From IMG/VR virus record IMGVR_UViG_3300005805_000072, positions 1-64,000 of that record: a stretch of 64,000 bases of DNA. The stretch is one strand, 5' to 3'. The notes under the pieces were generated by a model. It saw only the letters and a program-made list of their open reading frames with translations, did not search any database and was not told where the DNA came from. The DNA comes from a virus (taxonomy: Duplodnaviria; Caudoviricetes). Below, piece by piece: positions 7,847 through 16,973 of the stretch. How positions within the stretch are numbered: the stretch's first letter is position 1; each line of letters starts with the position of its first letter. Made by a program: the position numbers and the translations under genes.

Positions 7847-8301
7847 CAGTTCTTTATCCCCAGTTCGTTTTCAGTAAGCACTATGAATTTCCATCCTTTG
7901 CCTTCTGCATATCTGCGAGCAGATTCCCACTTGTTCTGATTCTTGACATACTCAAGAGATTCGTAAACGTAACTTTTGGTCTTCCGCTTGGGCTGCTTGG
8001 GTGGCTTGGTCTTCTTGGATGGCTTGATCTCGACAAGATAGGTCTGCATTTTGCCATCCTTCTCCATAACCGAGATGCGGAAATCTATAAAGTACCTGTG
8101 GGTTTTGCCGTCTATATCGTATCTGTACGGCACCACGGTCGATTCGCTAGACCACTCGACTATAGAATCCTTTAAATCGCAGTAGTCCATGAACTTTCTC
8201 TCCCATGAACTGCGATAAATAATGTTTGTGGGATTCCCCTTGTACTTCTTAGGGTTCTTGGGTTTGAAAATGCCTTGTATAAACTTCTTTTCGGTAGCCA
8301 T
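7846..8301 (-). CDS. gp4: head completion nuclease (TnsA-like)
   Basis: PKNPKKYKGNPTNIIYRSSWERKFM...RYFIDF...LVEIKP...NQNKW..A. Confidence 0.95.
   Translation of the reverse strand: MATEKKFIQGIFKPKNPKKYKGNPTNIIYRSSWERKFMDYCDLKDSIVEWSSESTVVPYRYDIDGKTHRYFIDFRISVMEKDGKMQTYLVEIKPSKKTKPPKQPKRKTKSYVYESLEYVKNQNKWESARRYAEGKGWKFIVLTENELGIKN
8215..8221 (+). promoter_or_regulatory. candidate late (gp55-type) promoter for the baseplate operon, embedded antisense in gp4
   Basis: ATAAATA about 80 nt upstream of the gp48 ATG; no intergenic space is available. Confidence 0.45.
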
Positions 8302-8303
8302 TT

Positions 8304-9761
8304 ATGTCAAACGATAGTAGAAACTTTAGGTTGTATCAGGAGTCAGATGTTGATTCCACCATGTATGAGTCATTGTATGGACCCGCATCGTTCAAGAGAC
8401 TCCCCGATAACGACTCTCAATATAAGGCAGATGGATACAACTTGCAGGAGAGGCTTATAGAATATGCTGGATACTTTGCACCCACATCATCTGTAGTAAA
8501 CAATGAAATACTTGGCTTCCCCAGTTTTCTTCAGTATCCACATGATCTGGGCAAGAATCGCAGATATCACCACTTCATTGTCTTCAATATCTATCAGGGA
8601 GATTCGGACAGTGTAGCACTGGAGAGAAGAAATCAGAATCAGGCTTTTGCTGCGGAGCAGGCTCAATATGGTTTGTTCTCTTCAAGTTCCCCAATCGATA
8701 GAAAAGAAATCCTAAGAAACGCTGGTCTGGGTGGAGATCAGTTACAACAGTATGTGGATCTATTGGGTGGTTCCGCCGCGAACACAAATGGTGTCACAAC
8801 CGATGCCATCAATTTTGAATTGACAACACAGGTTCAGGAAGCCCTTGAGGTAATCACAAACCAAGGATTTTTTGCCGGTATTGAATCCGTTGATCTGGCT
8901 GGTTTGGTCAAAGGAAGCATAAGTGATGTGAAGAATTTTTTCTTGAGTTTGGGTATAGACGAAACAGGATATCAACAAGAGTTGAATAGACTTGGAGATC
9001 AAAAAGCCACAGGAATATCTGGAAAGAAGTTGAATAGGGCAAAAGGTGAACAGAATATACTTCTGGCAAGCAGAAGGTTTGGTTATGCGAATGTACGCTC
9101 AAAGGATACTGTATGTCTCTACATGCCTTTGAAGATTCAGTTCAATGACCAACTCATCTATTCTGAGGAAGACATGGGATCGATGAAAATCATGCTTGAT
9201 TCCTTTGCTGGACAAAAGGGTGGAATAAACGCGATAGTGGAAAAGGCTGCCACGGGATATCTTGCTGACGGAGTTGGTGCCATATCCTCCGTTGTAAAGT
9301 TGGAAGCACCAAATGTGCAGGCTGCCAGAAATGCAGGAACAAGATCCGTTGCCAATCCAAGAAGAGAGGCAATGTTCCGTGATGTGGGGTTGAGAACGCA
9401 TTCCTTCACATTTGAGTTTGCTCCTAAGAATCAGGAAGAAGCACAGAGTGTTTTGAACATCATAAGGATGTTTAGATATCATGCATATCCTGCCTTAAGA
9501 GGTGGAGGTGGACATTTCTTCAAGTTTCCGGCAGAGTTCGACGCACAGTTCTATACTATTGACGATGCCAGCGGATCTGCAATGGTTAATGATAATCTCC
9601 CGAAGTTGCCAAGACTTGCACTGACCAACATATCGGTTGACTACTCTGCTGCTGGAGACTACAAGACATTCTATGATGCCAAACCAGCATTCATCAGGAT
9701 GGAGTTGCAGTTTCAAGAGATGGAGCAACTCACAAACGAACACATTATACACGGATACTGA
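8304..9761 (+). CDS. gp48: baseplate tail-tube cap
   Basis: LYMP...ANPRREAMFRDVGLRTHSFTFEFAPKNQEEA..V..IIRMFRYH. Confidence 0.88.
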   Translation: MSNDSRNFRLYQESDVDSTMYESLYGPASFKRLPDNDSQYKADGYNLQERLIEYAGYFAPTSSVVNNEILGFPSFLQYPHDLGKNRRYHHFIVFNIYQGDSDSVALERRNQNQAFAAEQAQYGLFSSSSPIDRKEILRNAGLGGDQLQQYVDLLGGSAANTNGVTTDAINFELTTQVQEALEVITNQGFFAGIESVDLAGLVKGSISDVKNFFLSLGIDETGYQQELNRLGDQKATGISGKKLNRAKGEQNILLASRRFGYANVRSKDTVCLYMPLKIQFNDQLIYSEEDMGSMKIMLDSFAGQKGGINAIVEKAATGYLADGVGAISSVVKLEAPNVQAARNAGTRSVANPRREAMFRDVGLRTHSFTFEFAPKNQEEAQSVLNIIRMFRYHAYPALRGGGGHFFKFPAEFDAQFYTIDDASGSAMVNDNLPKLPRLALTNISVDYSAAGDYKTFYDAKPAFIRMELQFQEMEQLTNEHIIHGY

Positions 9762-9763
9762 TC

Positions 9764-10636
9764 ATGTACGAAAAGTTCCCAGTTACGAATTACTTCTCCT
9801 CAAACGGGTATGGTCCACAAGTGGACATAACCACAGCCTTGAAGGTTGCAGATATAGCCATACGGGAAGGCGAGCAACCCATAAATCTTCCGATATCGGA
9901 GACAGACAGACCAGAAGTCTTCGCAGACCGTGTCTATCAAAACTCAAACATGCATTGGTTGTCGCTTCACCTCAACAAGAAGGTCAATCCATACTATGAG
10001 TGGATTCTAAGCCCATCTTCATTTGAGAACTACATGGAAGAGAAGTATCCGGGATACACTCTTTTCCTCACCAGCACGGATGGAACCAAGGGCTTTACAG
10101 GATCATTTCGCGTCAACAACATAGTCTTTGCAACGGATCAGACCAATCCCGAACTACAGCCGTCCATTCAGTCATCTCTGAAAAACTCCCGCGTAGTCAG
10201 ATATGACCCACTGTATTGTCGCCTAGTAATAGAACTAGTGCAGAGGACAGCATGGATTCCTGTTGAGGGGGATTACATCGCGGGGTCGAACGCGGATGCC
10301 CTCGGGAACACCTACTACTATGTGGCTAGGATAGGAAAAGTCATAGAGAGCCAGTACGCACTGCATCATTTCGAGGATGATGGCGTGATGCTCGACCCAT
10401 TGCTTCCCTTGTCAAAGCAGACTGGATACATTAGCAGCGATGCCCTTAGTGGGCATACATTCGGAGATACCTTGTTGGGAAGATACATCAATGAGGACTA
10501 CACAACCTATTCCGTCACCAACAGGGAATATGAGGATGCGGAGAATGACAACAATAGAAACATACTGGTTCTGAATAGGGCAGCGGCAGACAGGATCAAG
10601 AAGCAGATTGAGGAGAGCCTGACGAATGATAGGTGA
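9764..10636 (+). CDS. gp53: baseplate wedge protein
   Basis: RPEVFADRVYQNSNMHWL.L.LN...PYYEW...Y...KY...HHFE...NREYE..EN...R.I. Confidence 0.85.
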   Translation: MYEKFPVTNYFSSNGYGPQVDITTALKVADIAIREGEQPINLPISETDRPEVFADRVYQNSNMHWLSLHLNKKVNPYYEWILSPSSFENYMEEKYPGYTLFLTSTDGTKGFTGSFRVNNIVFATDQTNPELQPSIQSSLKNSRVVRYDPLYCRLVIELVQRTAWIPVEGDYIAGSNADALGNTYYYVARIGKVIESQYALHHFEDDGVMLDPLLPLSKQTGYISSDALSGHTFGDTLLGRYINEDYTTYSVTNREYEDAENDNNRNILVLNRAAADRIKKQIEESLTNDR

Positions 10637-11942
10637 TGTTGCCAAGGCAGTATCTCAATTCACCGAAAAGGGTTTTGAGATACTGAAATGCGATCTGTAC
10701 AGCAACTCGGGGGGCGAACGATTCGACCTTCTTGGTGCAAATGTCTTGCAGGAACTTACCATCCATGAAACCATGTTCGATAGCAAGATGCATGGGGAGA
10801 TAGGCATTGTGGACTCGTTGAACCTTGCTGAGACTCTTCCCATCGTTGGAAACGAGAGAGTCGAGATTGTCTATAGGACATCGGGGGATATGTTTCTTCC
10901 CATCAGGATAAGTGGAATAATCACCAATGTCCTTGGCAAGGCTAGAGGCTCTGGTCAGGGATTCGAGATATCGAAACTTGAGTTCATCTCGGAGGTCAAT
11001 TTCCTCAACAGATTTCTGTATGTGGATCAATCGCTGAATGGAACCATCACCAACATGGCTACCAGTTTGTTTCAGCAGTATTTCAAGAAGGACAAGGACA
11101 GGTTTTTCACCAATACCACGACTAAGGAAACCCATAGGTTCATCATTCCAAGGTGGACTCCCCTGTTCACGCTTTCATGGCTTGCTTCAAGGGCATTCAC
11201 GGATAAATCGGAATCATTCTTCGTGTTCTATGAGGACATCGATGGACACCATTTCAAGGATCTCCTTACCGACATAAAGAACAAGAACACAAAATACACA
11301 TATAGAGTTGAGCCAAAGAATGCATACAATCTAGGAGATCCACTTGGATTCCTCACCCGTGTTCTTTCATATGCCTTCACCTCGCACTTCGACCGCCTTG
11401 ATGAGTTCAACAAGGGCATGTACTCTGGCACAGTGCTTGCCCATGACATAACGACGAAGAAGTTGAACAGATATGAATACGACTATTTCGACAGTTTCAA
11501 TGATCCATCTAGAAGCAAACTCAACCAACATCCGATATTTCCTCAGAGCAAAACCAGTGAACTGTATGTCGATATCGGCAAAGAGAGGATTCGACATCTG
11601 CTGCCAATGCAGACGATGAAGACGAATCAGATTCTCGACAACGATCAATATGACAAGTTCTATCTGTCCAAGAAGAGCATCAACAGGCAGTTCATGGGAA
11701 ATCAGGTTAGTATGAAGGTTCCAGGAAACTCCTCGCTAAGATTGACAGACATAATAGGATTTGAGATACCGAAGGTTGGTTACAAGATGAACGAAGATGT
11801 TGAGTATCTTGATCCACATCTATCTGGAAACTACATGATCACATCACTGAGACATGTCCTAAATATCATGAAAGGGTACGAGACTCACATCGATATGTCA
11901 AAGGAATCGGTGATTCAACCGATGCCAGCAGTAATAGTCTAG
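10626..11942 (+). CDS. baseplate hub protein (gp27/VgrG-like)
   Basis: Between gp53 and gp5; ELTIHE.MF...G.I...D..NL...LPIVGNE...FFVFYED.DG.HF...GN..L...D.I. Confidence 0.7.
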   Translation: MIGDVAKAVSQFTEKGFEILKCDLYSNSGGERFDLLGANVLQELTIHETMFDSKMHGEIGIVDSLNLAETLPIVGNERVEIVYRTSGDMFLPIRISGIITNVLGKARGSGQGFEISKLEFISEVNFLNRFLYVDQSLNGTITNMATSLFQQYFKKDKDRFFTNTTTKETHRFIIPRWTPLFTLSWLASRAFTDKSESFFVFYEDIDGHHFKDLLTDIKNKNTKYTYRVEPKNAYNLGDPLGFLTRVLSYAFTSHFDRLDEFNKGMYSGTVLAHDITTKKLNRYEYDYFDSFNDPSRSKLNQHPIFPQSKTSELYVDIGKERIRHLLPMQTMKTNQILDNDQYDKFYLSKKSINRQFMGNQVSMKVPGNSSLRLTDIIGFEIPKVGYKMNEDVEYLDPHLSGNYMITSLRHVLNIMKGYETHIDMSKESVIQPMPAVIV

Positions 11943-11974
11943 TTTATTGTGAAACCCATATAGGAGAATAGATC

Positions 11975-12115
11975 ATGGAAACGGAAAGCAAGCACATAAT
12001 CACCCCGCAGGAAACCGAAGAGAAACTACGCAAGTTGCCGTACACCAAGGAAGAACTCCTTGATTGGGAGCGTTGGGGAAACGAGAACTTCGGGAACCAA
12101 GACAGGAAACGATGA
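11975..12115 (+). CDS. 46-aa microprotein
   Basis: Below the ORF-track cutoff; AGGAGA upstream; METESKHIITPQETEEKLRKLPYTKEELLDWERWGNENFGNQDRKR; TGA TAG directly before the gp5 ATG. Confidence 0.65.
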   Translation: METESKHIITPQETEEKLRKLPYTKEELLDWERWGNENFGNQDRKR

Positions 12116-12118
12116 TAG

Positions 12119-13276
12119 ATGATAGATTTCATGGGTCAGGCTGGATTCGTCTGGTGGTTCGGTGTCGTTGAGGACATCGATGATCCATTGAAACTTGGTA
12201 GAGTTCGCGTCAGGATATTTGGATACCATTCCGAGGACAAGAACCGCATACCAACTGACAATCTTCCGTGGGCGCACCCGTTGCAGGATATAACGAGTGC
12301 ATCCATAAGTGGAGTCGGTAGATCTCCGACAGGTCTTTTGACCGGCTCTCATGTGTTTGGTTTCTTTCGCGATGCTGTCAATGCACAACACCCCGTGGTG
12401 ATGTTTAGCGTTGGTGGTATTCCTACGGAACTTGCAAACAAAAGTCAGGGGTTCAATGATCCGTCTGGTGTCTATCCAAAGGAAAAGGATGTTCCCGATA
12501 CGAACAGGCTTGCCACTGGAGATCAAACCGAAAAGACCATAGTGCAGGAGAAGAATGATGAGCGGGACATTCGTGTTCCCGTTGCATGGGATAAATTCGA
12601 CACACAGAGATGGTCAGAGCCAAAGACTCCATATGCAGCCAAGTATCCTCACAACAAGGTATTCGCAACCAAGTCTGGCATGGTTGAGGAATGGGATGAT
12701 ACTCCTGGCAAGGAAAGACACCACACATATCATCCATCTGGCAGTTTTGAAGAGGTTGGAAATGGTTGGGAGAGTGATCCAGATGGAACGAGGGTTCACA
12801 AGATCAAGGGAAGCAACTACGAATTGATAGCAGGAGATGATTTTGTCCATATCAAGGGTGGTGCCAAGATCACGGTTGATGGATCCGCCAGCATCTATGT
12901 TGGCAGTAGCATTCCTGGTGGGAATATCGACTTGCAGGTTGATGGAAATGTAAACCTACAGACAACTAAAGATCTCAGGGCAGTGGTGTATGGAACGTGG
13001 GATGTATCGGTTCTTGGAGATTACCGCGAGACGATCCTCGGTAACAAGTATACTCAGGTTTTTGGTGATTGTGTAACGGAGACGGATTCTGGTCGTGTTG
13101 CCATAAACTCTGCTGATGACATAATACTGAAGACCAAGACCGGCAAGAGCGATCTATTCCTGTCAGGCAAATCTACGAATATCAAGTTGAATTCTCTCTC
13201 GCGAATTGCTGCGGGGGCGGCAGATCCTGTCATAATTCCCGGTGTATATCCGAATCCATTTGGAGTTAGTTTCTGA
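12119..13276 (+). CDS. gp5: baseplate central spike (OB-fold + beta-helix, no lysozyme domain)
   Basis: WWFGVVEDIDDPLKLGRVRVRIFGYH...LPWA...KYPHN.V..TKSG...E.DDTPG.ER...YHPSGSF.E. Confidence 0.93.
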   Translation: MIDFMGQAGFVWWFGVVEDIDDPLKLGRVRVRIFGYHSEDKNRIPTDNLPWAHPLQDITSASISGVGRSPTGLLTGSHVFGFFRDAVNAQHPVVMFSVGGIPTELANKSQGFNDPSGVYPKEKDVPDTNRLATGDQTEKTIVQEKNDERDIRVPVAWDKFDTQRWSEPKTPYAAKYPHNKVFATKSGMVEEWDDTPGKERHHTYHPSGSFEEVGNGWESDPDGTRVHKIKGSNYELIAGDDFVHIKGGAKITVDGSASIYVGSSIPGGNIDLQVDGNVNLQTTKDLRAVVYGTWDVSVLGDYRETILGNKYTQVFGDCVTETDSGRVAINSADDIILKTKTGKSDLFLSGKSTNIKLNSLSRIAAGAADPVIIPGVYPNPFGVSF

Positions 13277-13479
13277 TGGCTTCGGCACCATTCACATGGA
13301 GAGGAATTTACGAACTAGAAACAGTCTATGTTCCCGGTGATGTGGTTTACTTTATGGATGATGGATTCACATACGTCTGTGTAAAGGAAAGCATTTCAAA
13401 TCCCCCATACCTAGAGAACTCTGGATTTGAACTTTTGGCTGGCTTCAATGTAATCTATTTGGATGGTGGAGGTTTCTGA
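13276..13479 (+). CDS. small protein resembling a CBM5/12-type carbohydrate-binding module
   Basis: WRGIYELETVYVPGDVVYFMDDGFTYVC aromatic pattern; C-terminal LDGGGF. Confidence 0.55.
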   Translation: MASAPFTWRGIYELETVYVPGDVVYFMDDGFTYVCVKESISNPPYLENSGFELLAGFNVIYLDGGGF

Positions 13480-13745
13480 TGGCATTTCTTGGAACCATAG
13501 GAAAATCAAAAGTGGGTGGGGGGGTCGTATTCACTGGCTCTCCCAACTGCACTGCCGATGATCTAAATGTGGTCATAGTAGGTAGTCTTGTTTCGTCGCA
13601 TGGAATTAATGAACACGGCAAATCAAAGATGGTGACTGGAACTCCAACGGTTGAGTGCAATGACCTACCCGTATGTGGTGAGGGAAGCATTGCCACCTGT
13701 GGAGACATAATGTTGACTATCAGCAGCGTTGAGGTTGGTCTATGA
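13479..13745 (+). CDS. PAAR-domain spike tip protein (gp5.4-like)
   Basis: GSLVSSH...H...TGTPTVECNDLPVCGEGSIATCGD; follows gp5. Confidence 0.85.
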   Translation: MAFLGTIGKSKVGGGVVFTGSPNCTADDLNVVIVGSLVSSHGINEHGKSKMVTGTPTVECNDLPVCGEGSIATCGDIMLTISSVEVGL

Positions 13746-14620
13746 TTCTTTCAAACTACCCATCCATATTCGATGCGTCGAACTGCACGCTTATCTCACA
13801 ACTGCTTCCACCAGGTCCGAAGAAATTCCTCAACGATTTCATGACGGGAAATTTGTTCAGAAATCCCGTCCAACAGGTTACTGAAGCACTCAAGGATGAA
13901 ATCGGGAAAGCCCTATCATCCTCCGATTCCATAGCCGACTCCGACTTGCTTGAAGGACTTACCGGTGCATTTGGAGATTTGTCCGAGGCACTCAACGGTG
14001 TGAACACTGAGTTGAGTGCATATCTAAGACACACAAACAGACTCAGTGGAGTTGATCTGAGTCCTGGTGGAATATTGCCAACCGTTGACCGTATCATTGG
14101 TGTTCAGCAGACCTACAACAGCATAAAGGATTTACTCAAGGATCCCGACGAGAGATTGCAGGACAACTTCTCAAATGCATTCTCATCAATCAATCCACAG
14201 ATTGTTGGACCATTCTTTGAGAACTTTGGGCAGAATATGAATCAGATAAACTCTGTCCTTGGAGAAGTAGAGTATCAACTTTCCATTGGTGGAGCCACGG
14301 CAGCGGCAGAGTTCGTTGGAGATATAAGAGAGTTGACAACAAACATCATCTCTTTTGAGAGCAATATCAGGACTCTGATAGACGGAGACATAAATGCATA
14401 CAATCTTGCCCTTGCTGCTGTCGAGAGATATGCCATAGGAAACAGCCTGTTGTCAACCGCACTTGTTGATCCCTGCTTTGGTGCAAGGTTGATAAAGGAA
14501 CTAATCACATCGCCCGATGCAAGTAAAACACTTGATGGCATTATTCAGGAGAGCAGTGGAGTGACTGGTCCTACTGGTGTACCAATAGACCTGATCGACT
14601 ATATTCCAAGCCTACGATGA
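13742..14620 (+). CDS. hypothetical helical virion protein
   Basis: 292-aa ORF coupled to the PAAR gene (ATGA overlap); amphipathic; ends with GVTGPTGVP. Confidence 0.75.
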   Translation: MILSNYPSIFDASNCTLISQLLPPGPKKFLNDFMTGNLFRNPVQQVTEALKDEIGKALSSSDSIADSDLLEGLTGAFGDLSEALNGVNTELSAYLRHTNRLSGVDLSPGGILPTVDRIIGVQQTYNSIKDLLKDPDERLQDNFSNAFSSINPQIVGPFFENFGQNMNQINSVLGEVEYQLSIGGATAAAEFVGDIRELTTNIISFESNIRTLIDGDINAYNLALAAVERYAIGNSLLSTALVDPCFGARLIKELITSPDASKTLDGIIQESSGVTGPTGVPIDLIDYIPSLR

Positions 14621-14648
14621 TGACCGAATATTCTTCACATGACAAGTC

Positions 14649-14655
14649 ATACATA
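14649..14655 (+). promoter_or_regulatory. late promoter variant ATACATA
   Basis: In the intergenic gap before gp25; same heptamer precedes gp18a and gp22. Confidence 0.5.
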
Positions 14656-14730
14656 TTTGGATTGGTCTGGGAAGTTTGCACAAATGCCTCATCATGATGG
14701 TAATCCCACCAAAATACCCCGAGAATCCCG

Positions 14731-15129
14731 ATGAAGAGCATAGTAAGACGTAACCTATTCAAAGACCTTGATCTCGACTTCATGCCGCATCCGGTAACGG
14801 GAGACATCACGCAAAAGGTGGATGCCGAGGCAGTGAAGAGAGCCGTCCGCAATCTCGTCCTCATGAACAAGTATGACAAACCGTTTCAGCCTCAGATTGA
14901 TTCCCGAGTCACACGGTTGCTCTTTGAACCAGCAACTCCATTGGTTGCGCTTGCCCTGAGATCAAACATAATGGACATTCTTACGAGGTACGAGCCAAGG
15001 GCAAAGATAAACGATGTGGTTGTGTTGTTTAATGAGGAATACAATGCATTCAATGTATCGGTGTCGTTCATGGTGATAAATTCGCGTGATGTATCCACCG
15101 TAAATGTAGCAATAGAAAGGTTTGCCTGA
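14731..15129 (+). CDS. gp25: baseplate wedge subunit
   Basis: FKDLDLDF..HPVTGDI.....AEAVKRAVRNLV......KPF.P....V..LLFEP...YEPR. Confidence 0.95.
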   Translation: MKSIVRRNLFKDLDLDFMPHPVTGDITQKVDAEAVKRAVRNLVLMNKYDKPFQPQIDSRVTRLLFEPATPLVALALRSNIMDILTRYEPRAKINDVVVLFNEEYNAFNVSVSFMVINSRDVSTVNVAIERFA

Positions 15130-16973
15130 TGCCGAATCGCGCGCTGCTTCCAATCACCAGAATAGACTTTGAGGGTATAAAGACAAACCTCAAGAACTAT
15201 CTTGCGAACACAACAGAGTTCTCCGATTACGACTACGAAGGAGCAGGAATCAACATCCTGCTCGACCTTCTTGCATACAATACCCACTACACGGCAATGT
15301 ATGCAAACATGCTTGCTGCGGAATCTTTCATGGATTCCGCCTTGCTGAGAAAGTCCGTTGTCTCACTTGCAAAGAACCTTGGATACATTCCATTTTCATC
15401 TACTTCGGCAAAGGCAGTGGTATCCCTTCAATTCGGAGTTACATCCGGAGTTCCCAACTTGCTTCCAAAGGGAGTGGTTTTCACCGCTACGAAGGATGAT
15501 GTGCAGTATTCCTTCACAACCACTCAGACGCATGAGATAGACAAGTCTGAGGTTCCATACAAGTGCGAAAATATTGAAATCCATCAGGGTTCCTTCTCTA
15601 CATCTTCGTTCATATACGATGAGCAGAGCAACTCTACGAAATTTGAGATCCCATTTCAGAACATAGACATAAGCACATTGAGCATCTATGTCCTTCGATC
15701 ACCAAACGATCTTTCAAATGCCGATATATCGTGGAGAAAGAATACCGACTTCCTGAGCATAGACTCGACTAGCAAGGTCTATTTCATCACTGAAAACTAT
15801 AAGGGAAAATATGAAGTTTCCTTTGGAGATGGAATCTTTGGAGTTAAACCAGAGAAGGGAAGTTACATCGTGGCAGTCTATCTGAAGACAGATGGATTGC
15901 TTGGAAATAACATAGGAACAACCATCACTGGACAATCTCAGTTCACGTTCTCAGGAATAGACGGAAACAACTATGGTGCGACTGTAAGCACGATCACCGC
16001 TTCATATGGTGGAGACAATCAGGAGTCTGTTGAGAACATACGGAGGACTGCTCCCAAATACTACCAGAGTCAGGATAGAGCAGTCACTGTACAGGACTAT
16101 GAAAGCATAATCCTACGGGAATTCGGCGGTGCAAAGCAAGTTCGTGTGTGGGGAGGAGACGAAAACGATCCACCCGAATATGGAAAGGTTTTCATCTCCG
16201 TTCTTCCAAAGGCATCTCTTTATCTCAGCGATGCACAAAAGCAAAGTCTGACTCGCAACATACTCGACAAAAAGAAGATAGTGTCGGTCACATCGGAGAT
16301 AGTTGATCCAGACTACACATATATTCTCGTTGAGTGTTTTGCCACCTATGACTCTTCAAAATCCTTTACTAGCGAGGGTTCGATAAAGGATTCGTTGAAC
16401 TTTGCCATACAGAAGTATTCGATAAGCAGCCTTCTTTCTTTTGGTTCCCCCTTTAGGTATTCCACACTGTCGAGAATTCTCGATTTGTCGAGCAACTCAA
16501 TGGTCAGCAACCGCATATCGACAAAACTAGCAAAGAAGGTCATCATTCAATACGGAAAGACGAACTACTCAATGGACTTTGGGGCAAGGTTGTATCATCC
16601 AAATGACGGTGCTGCCCCCATAGTTTCAACATCGTTGTTCAAGCATCGCGACAACTTCAACAACATACGCGACTGCATACTTGAGGACGATGGTTATGGA
16701 AACATTGCCCTATATGCCTTGTTTGGCAGATCCAAGGAAGTTCGTTTGCTCATAAACGGAAAGATCGGAAAGATAAACTATGAAACAGGAAAGGTAAATC
16801 TTGTGGGATTTGCTCCAACTGGCAGCGGTTCTCTTCCATATATTCAGTTTACCGTCATCCCCGATCAGAGATATGACATCATTCCCAAGAGAAATCAGGT
16901 TCTTGCTATCGATTCAAGTCTTCAGAATGCGATAATCATCACGATGGATGATGCAGCCATCAGGAAAATCTAA
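15129..16973 (+). CDS. gp6: baseplate wedge subunit
   Basis: IDFEGIKTNLKNYL....EFSDYDYEG.GINILLDLLAYNTHY...FGDG..G...QDRAVT.QDY...WGG....PPEYGKVFI. Confidence 0.95.
   Translation: MPNRALLPITRIDFEGIKTNLKNYLANTTEFSDYDYEGAGINILLDLLAYNTHYTAMYANMLAAESFMDSALLRKSVVSLAKNLGYIPFSSTSAKAVVSLQFGVTSGVPNLLPKGVVFTATKDDVQYSFTTTQTHEIDKSEVPYKCENIEIHQGSFSTSSFIYDEQSNSTKFEIPFQNIDISTLSIYVLRSPNDLSNADISWRKNTDFLSIDSTSKVYFITENYKGKYEVSFGDGIFGVKPEKGSYIVAVYLKTDGLLGNNIGTTITGQSQFTFSGIDGNNYGATVSTITASYGGDNQESVENIRRTAPKYYQSQDRAVTVQDYESIILREFGGAKQVRVWGGDENDPPEYGKVFISVLPKASLYLSDAQKQSLTRNILDKKKIVSVTSEIVDPDYTYILVECFATYDSSKSFTSEGSIKDSLNFAIQKYSISSLLSFGSPFRYSTLSRILDLSSNSMVSNRISTKLAKKVIIQYGKTNYSMDFGARLYHPNDGAAPIVSTSLFKHRDNFNNIRDCILEDDGYGNIALYALFGRSKEVRLLINGKIGKINYETGKVNLVGFAPTGSGSLPYIQFTVIPDQRYDIIPKRNQVLAIDSSLQNAIIITMDDAAIRKI

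Noticed and set aside
14617-14697. 26-codon ORF MMTEYSSHDKSYIFGLVWEVCTNASS after the 292-aa gene
   Set aside because: Too short, no SD, overlaps the late promoter motif; cannot be supported
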